64,000 nt of DNA from Octopus vulgaris (GCA_951406725.2 OX597817.1:6696001-6760000); one strand, 5' to 3'. Counted from the first letter of the stretch, positions 1-13,554 are shown. Notes: generated by a model from the sequence alone, not told the origin. Translations and numbers: made by a program.

Positions 1-1096
1 CAGGTAAGTCTTTTCTCTACTGTTTCCGATTTAGCTATGAAAAAGAAATTGTGTTCGAAAGCAACAAGACACCTGCGAAAACTTTCACCTTCACGATTCG
101 ATCTCGGAACGGGCTATGAGTTATTTCTAAAATTCTGCATCCTAATATAGAGCTTAATTGTCCGACATGGCTTCATGATCTTTATTGAAATTAATAGTAA
201 AAGGAGAAGATGAATGCAATTTAACAGGTACCTAGGCATCTGACAAAAAACTGCTTCTCCTGCTAGAAAGGAATGTGTTTCGATTCATGCTTAAAACCAG
301 TCCTAAAGAGACGCCCAACTGTGTCTTACAAAGTATCGACGCGTCTAACAACCAGAACAGCAGCAAAAGTCAGCAGGATAGAGAAAAATAAGCAAACGGA
401 AGGAAACTAATATTTTCATGTCTAACAGAAATAACAGTAACGGCAAAATATCACCAACAGGAAAGACAAAAATGATGATAATTACGAAAACAGCATTAAC
501 ATCAAACAGTTAATTGATACCCAAGACAACTCGTTATTCGCTAGTTCATTGAAAAAGTGGATAATCAAGGGATAATCTGGATTCCGTAGAAAGATATAGA
601 AGCAGTAAAAAGTAAGAGCCCTCAAATATGAATTTATAAATCGAAAAATACAAGTTTTTAATAAACCAACACCAACACAAGCAAAGAAATGCCTAAATGA
701 CCTGTGGCATCTACTCTGGCAGAGTAAGGTAACAATTAACAATAGTATCATGATACCTCGAAGAAGAGAATATACAACTATCCAAAAATTTTGCTCACTC
801 ACTAAACCTTGCTATACAACCTGCAGCTCATTCATGTTCCAAGATGTGGAGTAGAAGGTAAGTGTGAGCGTATCGGCAAATAGAAATTCACAGTTCTGGA
901 TAAATGCACCTTTAAGCTACAGAGAGCATTTATTATCTCGTCCCTCAAACATTATCAAATGACAAAGTGAAAACGCGTAAAGTTATGCATTCCTTGGGCC
1001 TGAGTTTCTAGTATAGAGTTACTTCGTTTTCGTTACTAGTGCTATGTCTGTCATCCTGGTTCAGTATTTATGTTATTGCCCTATTCTATGGGCAGT

Positions 1097-1121
1097 ATCT
1101 TCTTCTTCTTCTCCTTCCTCT

Positions 1122-1168
<47 letters not shown>

Positions 1169-1536
1169 TTCTTCTTCTTCTTCTTCTTCTTCTTCTTGTT
1201 ATTCTTCTTATTATTATTATTATTATTATTCTCCTCCACCTCCTCCACCTCCTCTTCTCCTCCTCCTCCTTCTTCTTCTTCATCTTCTTCTGCTCCTCCT
1301 TCTTCTTCTTCATCTTCTTCTGCTCCTCCTTCTTCTTCTTCTTCTTCTTCTTCTTCTTCTTCTTCTTGATCTTCTTCTTCTTCTTCTTCTTCTTATTATT
1401 ATTATTATTATTCTCCTCCATCTCCTCCACCTCCTCTTCTCCTCCTCCTCCTTCTTCATCTTCTTCATCTTCTTCATCTTCTTCATCTTCTTCATCTTCT
1501 TCATCTTCTTCTTCTTCTTCTTGATCTTCTACTTCT

Positions 1537-1568
<32 letters not shown>

Positions 1569-1632
1569 TCCTTTTTCTTCGTACTATCATTATTATTGTT
1601 GCTGTTCTTGTTATTGCCTTCGTCATTGTTTT

Positions 1633-1684
<52 letters not shown>

Positions 1685-1780
1685 GCCGCTGCTACTGCTG
1701 CTGCTGCTTCTACTGCTGCTGCTGTTACCACCACCACCAGCACCAGCACCACCACCACCACCACTACTACTACTACTAAC
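1097..1780. repeat. Compound trinucleotide microsatellite (CTT/ATT/CCT/CTA/CTG/CCA) with an internal higher-order duplication
   Basis: Runs visible directly; the block (ATT)n-CTCCTCCAcCTCCTCCACCTCCTCTTCTCC occurs at ~1205 and ~1393. Overlapping ORFs are homopolymeric. Confidence 0.95.
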
Positions 1781-3610
1781 ATATGTGCACGATAGATTTT
1801 CTGCAGTATCTCAGCCCTTTATAGAATATGAAATTGGTGCGTGAGCATTTACTTCAGGGTCAAATTTCGATCACCTGCAAAATTAAGCTAACTATTCTAA
1901 ACCAGCTCAGAACTCATACAATACGAATTGTTTCAACGGCACACGTCAATAAAATACCCGTCCCTAAGTTTCTGTCTATAGGACCGAGTAGAACTACACT
2001 ATATCCCACTGCGAATAACGTGGGTAAAGGAGATAAATTTATGTGCTACACTCCGTTTATTCACGGGGCTGTGATTGATATAATCTTATCGCATTATCAT
2101 TTTTGTCGTTGTTGATATTTCAGTCGTATCTTAGTTCGAACAAATGACGTCATATTGGACATCAATCGTTAACATGAGGTTGAAGTATTAATAATTATGT
2201 AAAATTCTGACGAGTTCAAAGATGATTCGATCTAAGAAATGTCAAATATACGACAATAAGGTCGATGCAATGAACTACGACCTTTTCCCATAAATATATA
2301 TCCTACTGCCAATAGAAGATATCAATATCGATATTAACATTTATTAAAATATACGTATGAGTCTCAGGGTCAAATTATCAGCCTACACATCAATCGTTTT
2401 ATAACTAATACTATTTCTAAGAACCGTTCAAAATTCAATAAATTTTGTTTTTCTTTTGGTTCAGTGATATTCTTTTTATTGTTGTTTTATTTTCTGTTGC
2501 TTTCATTGATTGGTTTTCTTTATTTTGCAGTTTTATCTTGTTTGGTGTTTAATGCTATTTCGAGTAATATTATACAGTGTAATGTCACTGAGTTTTCTCT
2601 CGCAATTCATAAATTTCTATCCCGCAAACCACTTCAGCTGTTTCCCATTGGCTTTTCCCAATTGTTTCAACTCAGCTACTTTCACTTTGTCTTGTTAGCA
2701 ATCGCCATAATTGTTCTCTCTAATCACTCAAGCATCTCTTTTATTTAACTATTCTATTTCTACTCCGTTTCTCCCCCTACTCTGCATTCACTTTTTACTT
2801 TAGTATCACTTCATTCAGTGTGTATTCATTCGAAATCAACGATTTGTAACTTGTACTAACGTAATCCACTTATTAATTCAAGCAACCGTTCCTTAACCCA
2901 TCCATTTCTGAATCGATCTAGTAATTCACTATATTTCTAAAATATTTACATTATTACATTTTTCGGTACTAAATTTTGATTTGCATGGCTACATCAAAGG
3001 AGAAAACGTAACGCTAATGATTTTTTCAAGACCTTCGCCTTTAACGGGGAAAGTAAAGAAAAAAGCAAAACCCATGAGTTCCTGATGTGGAAAACATCAT
3101 ATGAAGACATGGGGATATCGTCGAATAACTGTTATTATAGCAAGAGAGTAGACGCAATGAAATGTATCTCTAGTCGCAGTCTCCGGGCAAAAAATTAATA
3201 TCTACCTTTCAAGAAGTTGCACAATCAATCCCAACATCTACATAAATTTCTTCACATCAGTTTCATGTTTAACACAAAGATAAGGTAGAAGCTAGTTGCT
3301 AAAGATTTCAATACGTATGGTGGACTGCAGATCCACATATCTGAGAATGTGACATCTTAAGCACACGGCCATGCAGCTAACTGAACATTGTCTTTTATTT
3401 TTTAATGTTTCTAAAGCGTTAGAATTTTCTCGCATGATAACACATGCGTCTATGTTAAAATATCGAATATATCTAGAGAAATTGTATATGCGTGATCTTG
3501 ATTTTGTTCATGCGATCATGCGTCTAAAAAATATGTTTGTCGTGTTTTGGCTTGCTGTTTGTCGTGTTTGGGCTTGCTGTTTGTCGTGTATATTATTTCT
3601 CAATGTATAT

Positions 3611-3837
3611 ATTTCTTAACTACCCATAAAGGGCTAAACACAGAGGAGACAAACAAGGACAGACAAACGGATTAAGTCGATTACATCGACCCCAGTGCGT
3701 AACTGGTACTTAATTTATCGACCTCGGAAGGATGAAAGGCAAAGTCGACCTCGGGGGAATTTGAACTCGGAACGTAACGGCAGTCGAAATACCACTAAGC
3801 ATTTCGCCTGGCGTGCAAACGTTTCTGCCAGCTCGCC
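3611..3837 (-). mobile_element. tRNA-derived SINE, family A (head GGCGAGCTGGCAGAA, central GTCGACTTTGCCTTTCATCC domain)
   Basis: A/B-box-like head (GAGTTCAAATTCC); homologous copies at 12276, 21050, 29975, 44315 and 55628. Confidence 0.85.
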
Positions 3838-4171
3838 ATTATTTCTCAATGTATAGCATATTAGTTTCATTATCAATAGAACTATTAGTGCTAGATTTAA
3901 ATGCATCAGTTCTCGCAACAGATATGACGAGGGGAAAAGTCTACCCAATGGTAGTTAATTCATATTATCCATATGTCCATACTGTCGATGAAAAGGATAT
4001 GAATATGTGAGCAATAGAAAATGGTAGGCACTTCTAGATCACTATGAGAACGTAACTACGACGTATGAATAAACATGCCGCAAAAGTATAGCTTCTGTTT
4101 TTTATCAGCTGAAACATGCTCAACCCTCGTCCATGCTATGCTGCACGATTTGCGAAAGTCAAACATATAAT

Positions 4172-4172
<1 letters not shown>

Positions 4173-4239
<67 letters not shown>

Positions 4240-4353
4240 TAATAATAATGATGATGATGATGATGATAATGATGATGGTGATGATGATGATGATGATGAT
4301 GGTGATGATGGTGATGGTGATGATGATGATGTTGATGGTGATGATGGTGATGG

Positions 4354-4439
<86 letters not shown>
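4173..4439. repeat. (AAT)n-(GAT/GGT)n-(AAT)n microsatellite
   Basis: Direct inspection. Confidence 0.95.
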
Positions 4440-4440
<1 letters not shown>

Positions 4441-4489
4441 ATTTCCCTTAAAATTAGATGAGAAACTTACACATAAACGATCAACTTTA

Positions 4490-5275
4490 AACCCTTTAAT
4501 ATCTACATGAATACCTATCCTTTCCTTTCTCCCTGAGTAATCCGAAATGTAAACAACATCTTTATTCCAAGAACACTATAGTTTCCTCTGTTCGGACAGA
4601 CAAAATATCATCTCCAGTACATTTTAAAACCTTAATATCTACAATTCTCTAAAAATTTTCCTATCGTTTTCTTTCCTTTCATTTCTCCCTAAGAATTCGA
4701 AAATGTAAACATCATTTTTATTGCAAAAATACTACTGTATTCTCTGAATGGACATACAAACGAACATTTCAAAAAAAAAATTACAAACCTTAATATCTCC
4801 AATTCTGTGTGAACGTTTTATCTTTCCTTTTTACCTGACTACCCGTATATGTAAGCATGCCTTTTATTGTAACAATACAATTAAATGAACGGTAAACACC
4901 TACCAATATATACATACTTCACAACTACAAAAACTTTTAACCACAGCAAAACGTTTAAAAGGAAAAGAAATATTCCATAAGAAAAAGAACTTCAGAAATT
5001 AAAAAATTCAACAAGGTGAACATCTCATACTCCTACTTTTGACAAAGACTGAAATGTCTACAATTTCCTGTGAATATTTTAAATCTCCCTCGAAATAAGT
5101 TAAGAATTTACATACCCACAGCTTTCTAACACTCAAATGATCAGTTAAAAAAAAATTATATCTACAACTTCTGTGAATATCTATCCTTTCCTTTCCTCCT
5201 GAATATTCGAAAATGTAAACATCCCTTTCATCGCAAAAGTCCTACTATATTCTCTAACTGAATAGACAAACCAAC

Positions 5276-5277
<2 letters not shown>
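4490..5277. repeat. Diverged tandem repeat, ~140-160 bp unit
   Basis: AACCTTAATATCTAC...CTTTCCTTT...GAAAATGTAAACATC...GACA.ACAAA recurs at ~4490, ~4628, ~4787 and ~5155. Confidence 0.7.
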
Positions 5278-5326
<49 letters not shown>

Positions 5327-5330
5327 TATA

Positions 5331-6010
5331 TTAGGTGGGGGTCAATAAGAATCCAGACTGTTGCCATAGTAACGAGACTAACAAACGCAGAGTAAAGCTG
5401 GATGCCACAGATTGAACTTGTACTCTGCTGTGCATGGGCACAAAGACTTAACGTTCTAGCTCATTTCTGTTTACAGCAGTGCTTGGAAGGAAATGTCTAG
5501 CGTGTGATCGTCGCATTGAACACGACAGAGAAGGTTGAGCATAGAATCTACATCACATTTTTGCTAAAAAGCTTGCTAATACCTGCTCAGAGGCCTAAAC
5601 AAAGTTTTCACAACGATGCCATCATTCTAGATACAATCAAGGAAATCTTGTGCAACTGAAACCCGAGTGTCGTTTTGCTCAGATGAAAGCAGTTTTGGCA
5701 CAAACTTGGCAAACACACGTCTCATGTCCAAATCTTCGGTGATAATGGACAGGACCGAACCGTAACTAATCTGCATATGCTCTGGTAACTCACATATGGT
5801 GACTCGACGATTTTCCTTCACAGCTGTACGCACATCTGCGCTGTTGTTCTCAGTTATGTTGGTTGCGGGCCTCCCTAAACGTTCGTCAATATCGACATTT
5901 ATTCGGCCATCTTGGAAACGTCTGAACCACTAATATACAAAGGTGCGGCTTATACACTCCCCACCAAACAATTTCTGCAACTTTATGTAGACCTCTGAGC
6001 TGGTATCGCC
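5331..6010. mobile_element. Mariner transposon relic with internal inversion
   Basis: + strand 5331-5610 has a TIR-like start and an N-terminal TEKVEHRIYI reading. The - strand (6010-5625) reads GDTSSEVYIKLQ...WFRRFQDGR...VRTAVKENRRVTICEL...MRRVFAKFVPKLLS (mariner HTH and WVP-type linker). Confidence 0.85.
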
Positions 6011-6046
6011 ATGAAAACTATCTCTGTCTTTGTCAATGCGACGAGT

Positions 6047-6440
6047 ATATAATATTAAATACATATACTAATGTATATGCATTGTGTATTTTCCAGAGAT
6101 TTCAATGCGTATCGGAGTATATAAACTCTCACTGTCGCTGATGTTGAGAGTGATGGACATCGATGCATCGCCATATTTGTGGCTTGTCAGCATCACCTAC
6201 CCGCCTGGGTTTGAAGGCAAATCACCTAGCCAGTCCACGACTTATATGCTCGTGGCTATTAGAATCATTCGCTGGTATGCCCGGAAATTGCATATATGTT
6301 AGCGGGTAGGTGGTCTTCCCTGTCCATGTCTAAGGTGTTTTAACACAGGTGACAATCAGAGTTTATATACTCCGATACGCCATTGCAGCTTCCGTAAAAA
6401 CATACAAAGCATACACAATAGTATATGTATTTAATAATAT
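6047..6440. repeat. Diverged foldback element, ~100 bp inverted arms
   Basis: GCGTATCGGAGTATATAAACTCT (~6107) versus AGAGTTTATATACTCCGATACGC (~6358); inner CACCTACCCGC (6194) versus GCGGGTAGGTG (6302). Confidence 0.8.
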
Positions 6441-6486
6441 TTATTACACTAGAGCTGATTTTACTTCATATATATGAGTTTGTGTT

Positions 6487-6540
<54 letters not shown>

Positions 6541-6902
6541 AACAAATATAAAATCTAATCTACTTATATCAGTGTCTTTTCAGTAAAAACAAAACTTTTA
6601 TACTGTAAAGATAAGGCCCAGGGACATCGTGGCTATCAAATATATTTAAGCAACATTAATGTGGTGGGAAAGATCAAACGAAGGAAATAAACGCCGTGGG
6701 TCCATCTTGAACACTGGTTTGAAATGATGCATTTAATAATGACTTAAATTACGGAGAAATTTCGACGAACGTCAGAAAGGAAGTGTAAATACAAGTTACA
6801 AGAAAGAACAAGTATTGGAACCCATGATACCTTCGTACTCTTAAAAGGTAACTTATACGTATGATTGTGTGCGTATGTGGTGTATTCATATATATGTGTG
6901 TG

Positions 6903-6947
<45 letters not shown>

Positions 6948-7322
6948 GCACACGCACACACACACACACACATATATGCGCGCACACAAATAGAAAATGG
7001 AAAAGGAAAAGCTTAAAAAAGTTGAAGACAAACACGGAAGCGTATAAAGAGAAAAGATTCATTCAATTGGAGAAGGAGATTTGAGTCATTAGACGGTAGG
7101 TGGAGCGGAAATTCTGTCAGTTATAGTAAGTGCTAATCCCTAGCACAGTAATTCGGCCAAGTACCAATTTAGAATTTGGAAAGGTTGATTGCCTATAGGG
7201 GAACAATTTTCCTGGACAGACGTTGTGTTTGCACGTGTGAAGTTTCAACAATGTAATTATGTGTGTTTAATATGTGTGCGTCTCTTTGTATAAATGTATT
7301 TTTATGTTTGTGTATATATGTG

Positions 7323-7354
<32 letters not shown>

Positions 7355-7786
7355 TGTATGTATATATACACACACATATATATATACATACATTTGTATA
7401 AATATATATATATATTCACACATATATATATATATATATACATTCATACATACATATATATATACACATAAATATGTATATATAGTTCTATCTACAATCA
7501 TATATTGTTGTATTTGGGGATGGTCATGTATACATACATACATGTGTGTCTGTGTGCGCGTGCGTGTTTGTATGTGTGTGTGTGTGAGAGAGTATGTGTG
7601 TGTGTGTGCGTGCATGCATAAATGTGCGTTTCGGAATATTTAATTACGATTAAGAGATTTCTTCTATACTTTGCGAAAGAATCAATTGTCTGAAAGATAA
7701 ATAGATCAAAAGATGCCGTATTTCTGCGTTTTCTTTCAAGTACACGCGTGCGTTTGTGCGTGTAGGTGTGCGTGTATGGGTGTGTT

Positions 7787-8290
7787 ATATAAGGTGCTGC
7801 CTGAACATTATAAAATCTGCCGTATTACTATACGATTTGATATATTATATACCTATACCGTGTTGAGTAAAAAGTTTTGCAATATTTGGGAAAATTTTTG
7901 CTTTATTCATCAAATTACAAGAAAGGCAATCTATTTGAGGCCACTGAGTTGCATCGTCTGAAGTCATTTCCCTACCAGTTCTTTGGTCCATCGTTGATAC
8001 CAGTTGTTGTCCTACCAGTTGTTGAACTTCCACCGGCTGATGAAGCTTTTCGAGCGCAGGAAGTGAGTCATGGATCGGAACAAATAATAATCCTAGGGAG
8101 CTACGTCAAGACCATGTGATTCGATTTTCTGCATTTCCTGGAGCTTATTGGGGATCGTTCAAGCAAGGTGAGGTCTTTTCATACAGCAGAAGAGCTTGGT
8201 TTCTGTTGACAAATGCTAGGAATTTTTGCCGCACAGCAGTAAACATTCTCTCCAGCCGTTCACAGTACAAGTTGGCATCGATGGATCGAC
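7787..8290 (-). mobile_element. Mariner transposase C-terminal relic
   Basis: The - strand reads LDVAP*DYYLFRSMTHFL, a decayed YSPDLAPSDY motif; TA-flanked TIR-like end at ~7787. Confidence 0.75.
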
Positions 8291-8479
8291 CGGGTTCTTA
8301 CTTGTGTGGAGCATCTGTAAGTTCTACAGGGATAACATTGTTTCATGTCTTGCAGGATTTAGATGTCTATAATTTTCTGTATACCGTTTCCATTAAGCGC
8401 CGTCCTTTTTCCTTTGTCATGTCATATATTGTTGCCATTTTCTAATTGTTGACATCAACATCATTTTCTTTCAATACTC

Positions 8480-10300
8480 AATTGTACGTGGCTGCTTTTG
8501 TCGTAATTTCAATATGACTAAATGAAGATGCATTTGTTTGGCATGTTCATGTAGTGTTCACATATCATGCCGAGGTTTAATTTTGCTCCGCCCTCCAGTT
8601 TATGGATTCTCCTATGAAGGATTCATTCTATGTGCATGCAGTTGAGTTTCCAGAGAAATATATGGATTCAGTTATATAAATAGTTACGTGCGACTTTGGT
8701 GATTCTTAATCTAAACCACAACCTTCAAATAATAGATATCTGTAGCTTGATCTATGGTTGTACCTGACAAAAGGATTCATACATTCACATTTGGTAGGGG
8801 AAACTTTTTTTGGTAAGAATATACACATTGCTGAAATATTTTATCCGATACCGAATGAAAATATGTTGGTACTTCATTTTAGTGTTAGGTGGCAAATTTG
8901 ATAATTAACTTCATGAGCAACTAAAGTATTGTAGAAAAGCTTTCTTACCAAAATTTCTTTTTTGGGAAGAGACTGGAATATTTCTAATGTTTACGATGCT
9001 TCTTAAAACTATGCAGGGGAAACATATTACATCTTCAGTTGTCATATTATTCTTTTTTGCAATGAAGTAGTGGTAGCATGTGGATTACATGAAATTGATG
9101 GTATTTAATCAGTTTAATATGCAGCCATAGGTTCTTTTTATGGATATTCTTTTGAAGATAACATCGTCTCTCTGTCTCTTTTAGCATTAACATCTATTTT
9201 CCCAAATATATTAGCACATGCATTTAAGAGGCGTAACCAGTCAGTGGTGCATAGCAACTCTTTCATACTAAACAATATTGAATTCAAATGAAGCTGCTGT
9301 GTAAGCTGTTCTTCTTTTATTTTTTATATATTTTTGTTTGTACTTGTTTTAGAGGGATTTCCTGGGTGTAAATTTTATCAAAATTTATAAATTACGTTTA
9401 TCTCCAGCTCATTATTTTCGATAATTTAGGTTTTATTAGATAGTACAACACCATAGACTATTATTATATGAACTGCGAATCTAAAGTTATGATTTTTCTC
9501 GATATTATTATGCTTTAATAACAGTAGAGCAATTATTCATCTATTATATTCTTGTTTCAACGACAATTAATGTTATTTATAATCTTCTTACTTACTTATC
9601 CTATCTCGGACTTGGATGGAGTAGTTAATTTGTGTTTGGGTTCAAGGAAAAACGTTAGGTTCTGAATTAGGAATTGCAATGTTTCCATAGGCTAGACTTC
9701 TCGTTTAGTACTTAACTATTGAGCTCCAACACTTTTTCTCTGATTTTGCTTCAACATTCTTATTAATATATATATTCATACATTGATACATATACAATTA
9801 AAAACGAAGTTTCTCCAAAAGTATATCTGCCTGTCTACATACCTACCCACCTACCTGCCTACCTACCTACCTACTTACCTACCTACCTCCCTAACTACCT
9901 ACCTACCTACCTACCTACTTTCCTATCTGCCTATCTTTCTATCTATCTATCAATTTATCTATCTGGTGCCTATTAGCACCCTCCGTTACTTTAGTGACGA
10001 CTATACTTGTTGCCTTTCGGATCTAAATTGCGAAAAGCCACTTTAATAATTTAAAATTCTCACTTCACCATTTTCGAAATCAGTCAATGTTTCTTATGGT
10101 GTTCTCTATAAAGCTGACAAGGTGACTTATGTTCTTTAACTCTCGGCGACGGAGTAATGGGCCGCTGATGATTAATTAAATCTAAATTAGCGTTGGTGTG
10201 ACTCCATCTCGCTTTGTCGTAAGGAGGGATCCTGTCTCCCTTGTCAGTCATTAGCACATTGTTCTCACGTGGCTAAGAATTGTTTTAATTCTTACTCCTA
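8480..10300 (-). mobile_element. Heavily decayed Penelope-like element (RT + GIY-YIG)
   Basis: Collinear degenerate motifs on the - strand: LVSFIENTIRNI (~10100), ERVAM...LVTPL (~9250), RQRDDVIF (~9165, RT YxDD-like), C..NESFIGES (~8615, YIG-like). Manual translation only. Confidence 0.45.
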
Positions 10301-11551
10301 GCAATGGTGGTGCTTATTAGCACCATTCATCATTTTAGTCACGACTATACTTGTTGCCTTTCTGTTCTAAATTGTCAGTATGTAAGTGTGTGCGTGTGTG
10401 TGTATTTGTGTGTGTATGTATATATGTATGTATATATTATATATATGTCAATACATCTTTTTCATATTCTTCCACGTAATGTCATTGTTGATTACTTTTT
10501 AGTATACCATGTAAGTCTCTGGTATTGTTTGGAAAGAATTGTTTCCTTTATCTTTTTCAGCTTAATTAATATCTGGTCTGGATTTAGTTTGAAATACATT
10601 CTTATTCTGATTTAATGCTAGCTATTTCAAATAGCATGTCCTAAATCAAAAAATTTAGAACCTCACTTGTCGGGGAAAGATCACTTATGTTAAAAATTAT
10701 ATTGTCTCGCGTTTATATCTAATCATATTCCTTCTTTCCTTTTCGAGACATTTATGGGGAAATAAACCAATGGCTTTAACACAAAATCTGCAATAAATAT
10801 GATGTGAATAAGAGGAAACTTGTAAAGCAATCAGCAGTTAACAGGAGAAATATTGACAGAAAGAACAAGTTTTTCAAACAAGATTTTCGGACCGTATTTC
10901 TTGAAACTCAAAAGGAGTTTTCTGTATAGTGGCTTGAGGTATTCAATCAGATTCGGGGGAAGAAGAGAATAAATCTAATCTAAATAGCTTCTGAAGATGT
11001 AAAGGTAAATATGTACCGGATATGTATCAAACACTGAATGTGAGTAAGCCACTGGATTAGTGAAAATATCTCACTACAATCTATAGCACACATATACTTC
11101 TATACTCTATCATGAGGATAATATATCTATATTGATGATAATACTCGATATCTTGAACATTTGTAATTCCAATTTCTGTATATTTTAGCATATAAATATG
11201 CTGTAAATGTCACAATCTACTTACATGAATATTGATAGCATAACCATATATATTTTCATAATTATTTCGACGTATGTACATATAGGTTCCATTGTTTCTA
11301 GTATATCAATTTTTTGAACTCAAAGCATGTTTCAGTTAATTCTATTTAAAGATAACGATGACGCTTATTATATTAACTTTCACGCGTTAACAAGATTTTC
11401 TATACAGGAATATTTAATTTGATATTTAACTGAACGTGGTAGAAAACCTCACATTCATTCATTTATATTTATTGTTCAAATATCACAAGACTTTTGTTGT
11501 CGTACTACTTATTTTGTCAGATTTTTCTGCTTTCTGAATTTTAATCGACAG

Positions 11552-11835
11552 TTGTTGATGAGAACGGAGTCGATGAACGCTTTCTGTATAAGATTAAGTA
11601 TAATGATGTTGTGAAAGAACTTTAAAAAGATGGCTACGGTTGCACATGCAAGTTGGTGCACGAGGGTCCATTGCAGTTTCCTTGTGCCAACCATTAAGTC
11701 AGCTTGGAATCAAAGGTCGCCACAGGACAGTGACTCAGAGGACAGTTCAATATGGCTATTGGCAAGGAGAAACAATTGCTGGAGTTCAAACAAAACACAG
11801 ACAACCGAATAAATAAAGAACTCAGATTTAACTAG
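11552..11835 (+). pseudogene. Candidate decayed exon of an unidentified protein
   Basis: Pyrimidine tract plus CAG at 11549-11551; one frame reads VDENGVDERFLYKIKYNDVVKEL*KDGYGCTCKLVHEGPLQFPCANH*...KELRFN; AG|GTAG at 11835. Has in-frame stops. Confidence 0.3.
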
Positions 11836-12275
11836 GTAGTTTCTTGTCTATATTTTCTTTCAGGGGTTTTAAAAGCAATTTCCAAGCTATGATATATATA
11901 TATATAATATATAAAGCTGGATTTCTTGAGAGAAGCATAGTTATAAAGACGTAAAATACGATATGATATACATATACCTATATCTATATCGTATTCATGT
12001 CTATCTACTTTCGCTGCTACCTCAATGTAGATATATCTATAAACATTAATATATATGCGTGTGTTTGTGCATATAAACAGTTAGAAGGAGATAGAAAGAT
12101 AGATGTGCATATTGATATCGTTTTATACGTTCTAAATTAATGGCGTATATTTTTTTAAAGCAAGTTAGAGAATAACAACGAAGGATTTACTAATCGTTAA
12201 TTTATAGCAGGTGGAGAGGCAGATTTATTATAAAATCCGTGTTCACTGGAACTTTAGGTTTCTCCTATTAGTTTA

Positions 12276-12479
12276 CGAGCTGGCAGAATCGTTAGTACGA
12301 CGGGCGAAATGCTTGGTATTTCGTCTGTCTTTATGTTCTGAGTTCGAATTCCGCCGAGGTCGACTTTGCCTTTCATCATTTTGGAGTCGATAAATTAAGT
12401 ACCACTTGCGTATTGGGGACGATCTAATTGACTAGCTCCCTCCCCCAAAATTTCGTGCCTTGTGTCTAGAGCAGAAAAG
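12276..12479 (+). mobile_element. SINE family A
   Basis: GAGCTGGCAGAATCG head, GAGTTCGAATTCC B box, GTCGACTTTGCCTTTCATC domain. Confidence 0.85.
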
Positions 12480-12560
12480 TTTACTTTTACTAGCTGAATA
12501 AGACGTCTGTCCCAATGAACCCAAATTGTGTAATAATGGCGCGCACATAGGTGTGTATAT

Positions 12561-12751
12561 AGGCGCAGACGGAGCTGTGTAGTAAGAAGTTTACTTCCCA
12601 ACCAAATGGTTCCGTGTTCAGTCCTCCTGTGTGGCACTTTCAGCAAGTGTCTTCTACTGTAGCCTCGGGGTGCCCAAAGACTTATGTATGGATTTGATAG
12701 GCGGAAACTGAAAGAAGCTGTCGTATGTGTGTGTGTGTTTGTGTGTGTGTT

Positions 12752-12806
<55 letters not shown>

Positions 12807-13015
12807 CCGCCTCTGCGTGTATTTGCGACTGTACTTGTCCCACACCACCAATTGACAATTGTGTGTTTACGTCGCCATAAACTAGCAATTCGGTAAAAGA
12901 GTCCGATGGAATAATTACTGGACTTAAAGTCCTGGGGTCGATTTTTTCGACGAAAACCCTTCAAGGAATTCCGCAGCGTGGCCGCAGTCAAATGATTGAA
13001 AAACAGTAAAAGATA
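12561..13015 (+). mobile_element. tRNA-derived SINE family B with internal (TG)n
   Basis: GGCGCAG..GCTGTGT.GTAAG head; 3' GCATGGCCGCAGTCAAATGACTGAAAC-type tail shared with copies at 42262, 57538, 58395 and 62975. Confidence 0.8.
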
Positions 13016-13554
13016 AACGCGTGTGTGTGTGGTGCGAGCGTGTGTGTGTGGGCGCAGCTTGTACGGAAGTCTGAATTTAACTAATTGCAATTGTACTGTG
13101 ACCACGACAAAGAGTTCTCTCGTCACCTGCAAGCGTATAGCACGTGAGATATATTCCTAAAAATATAACTGCACATTCGATACCGCTTCATTCATGTGTA
13201 ACATCTTGATTGTGTCTATCTAACATTAGTTCGACGTCATCAGTTATATTAGCCGTAAAGCAACGAAAACAAATTTCATTCTCCAAAAATTTACCTTAGC
13301 ATGGAACTTTGGACGCCACTGAAATTTATTTACAATCAGAAGAAACAATAGCTGAAAACCAACTTAGCCATCATTGTAATCCTGTATCTTAGCAATCAAA
13401 CGTATCAATCGTGTGATTTTGTAGATATCTTAAACGACAAGAAATTGAGTTAGAAGACATTGCAGGGAAGTTGACGTTGTTAGCGACCCAGGTTTTAGCG
13501 CTTCTTTAAAGTCAATTATAGCACATTTCTGCATTGTCTGTCTGTCATTGTATA

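Noticed and set aside
230-790. Possible R4-like LINE N-terminal relic
   Set aside because: Only vague similarity, no diagnostic motif.
1039-1844. Long ORFs of 161-266 aa
   Set aside because: Homopolymeric translations of trinucleotide microsatellites.
6757-6780. Minus-strand CUGACG...GAAAU
   Set aside because: Core incomplete, stem II too short.
10988-11025. HHR-like CUGAAGA...GGUA-AAUAUG-UACC-GGAU
   Set aside because: No GAAA core and no convincing stem I.
12395-13132. 245-aa ORF
   Set aside because: Reads antisense through two adjacent SINEs and a (CA)n tract.
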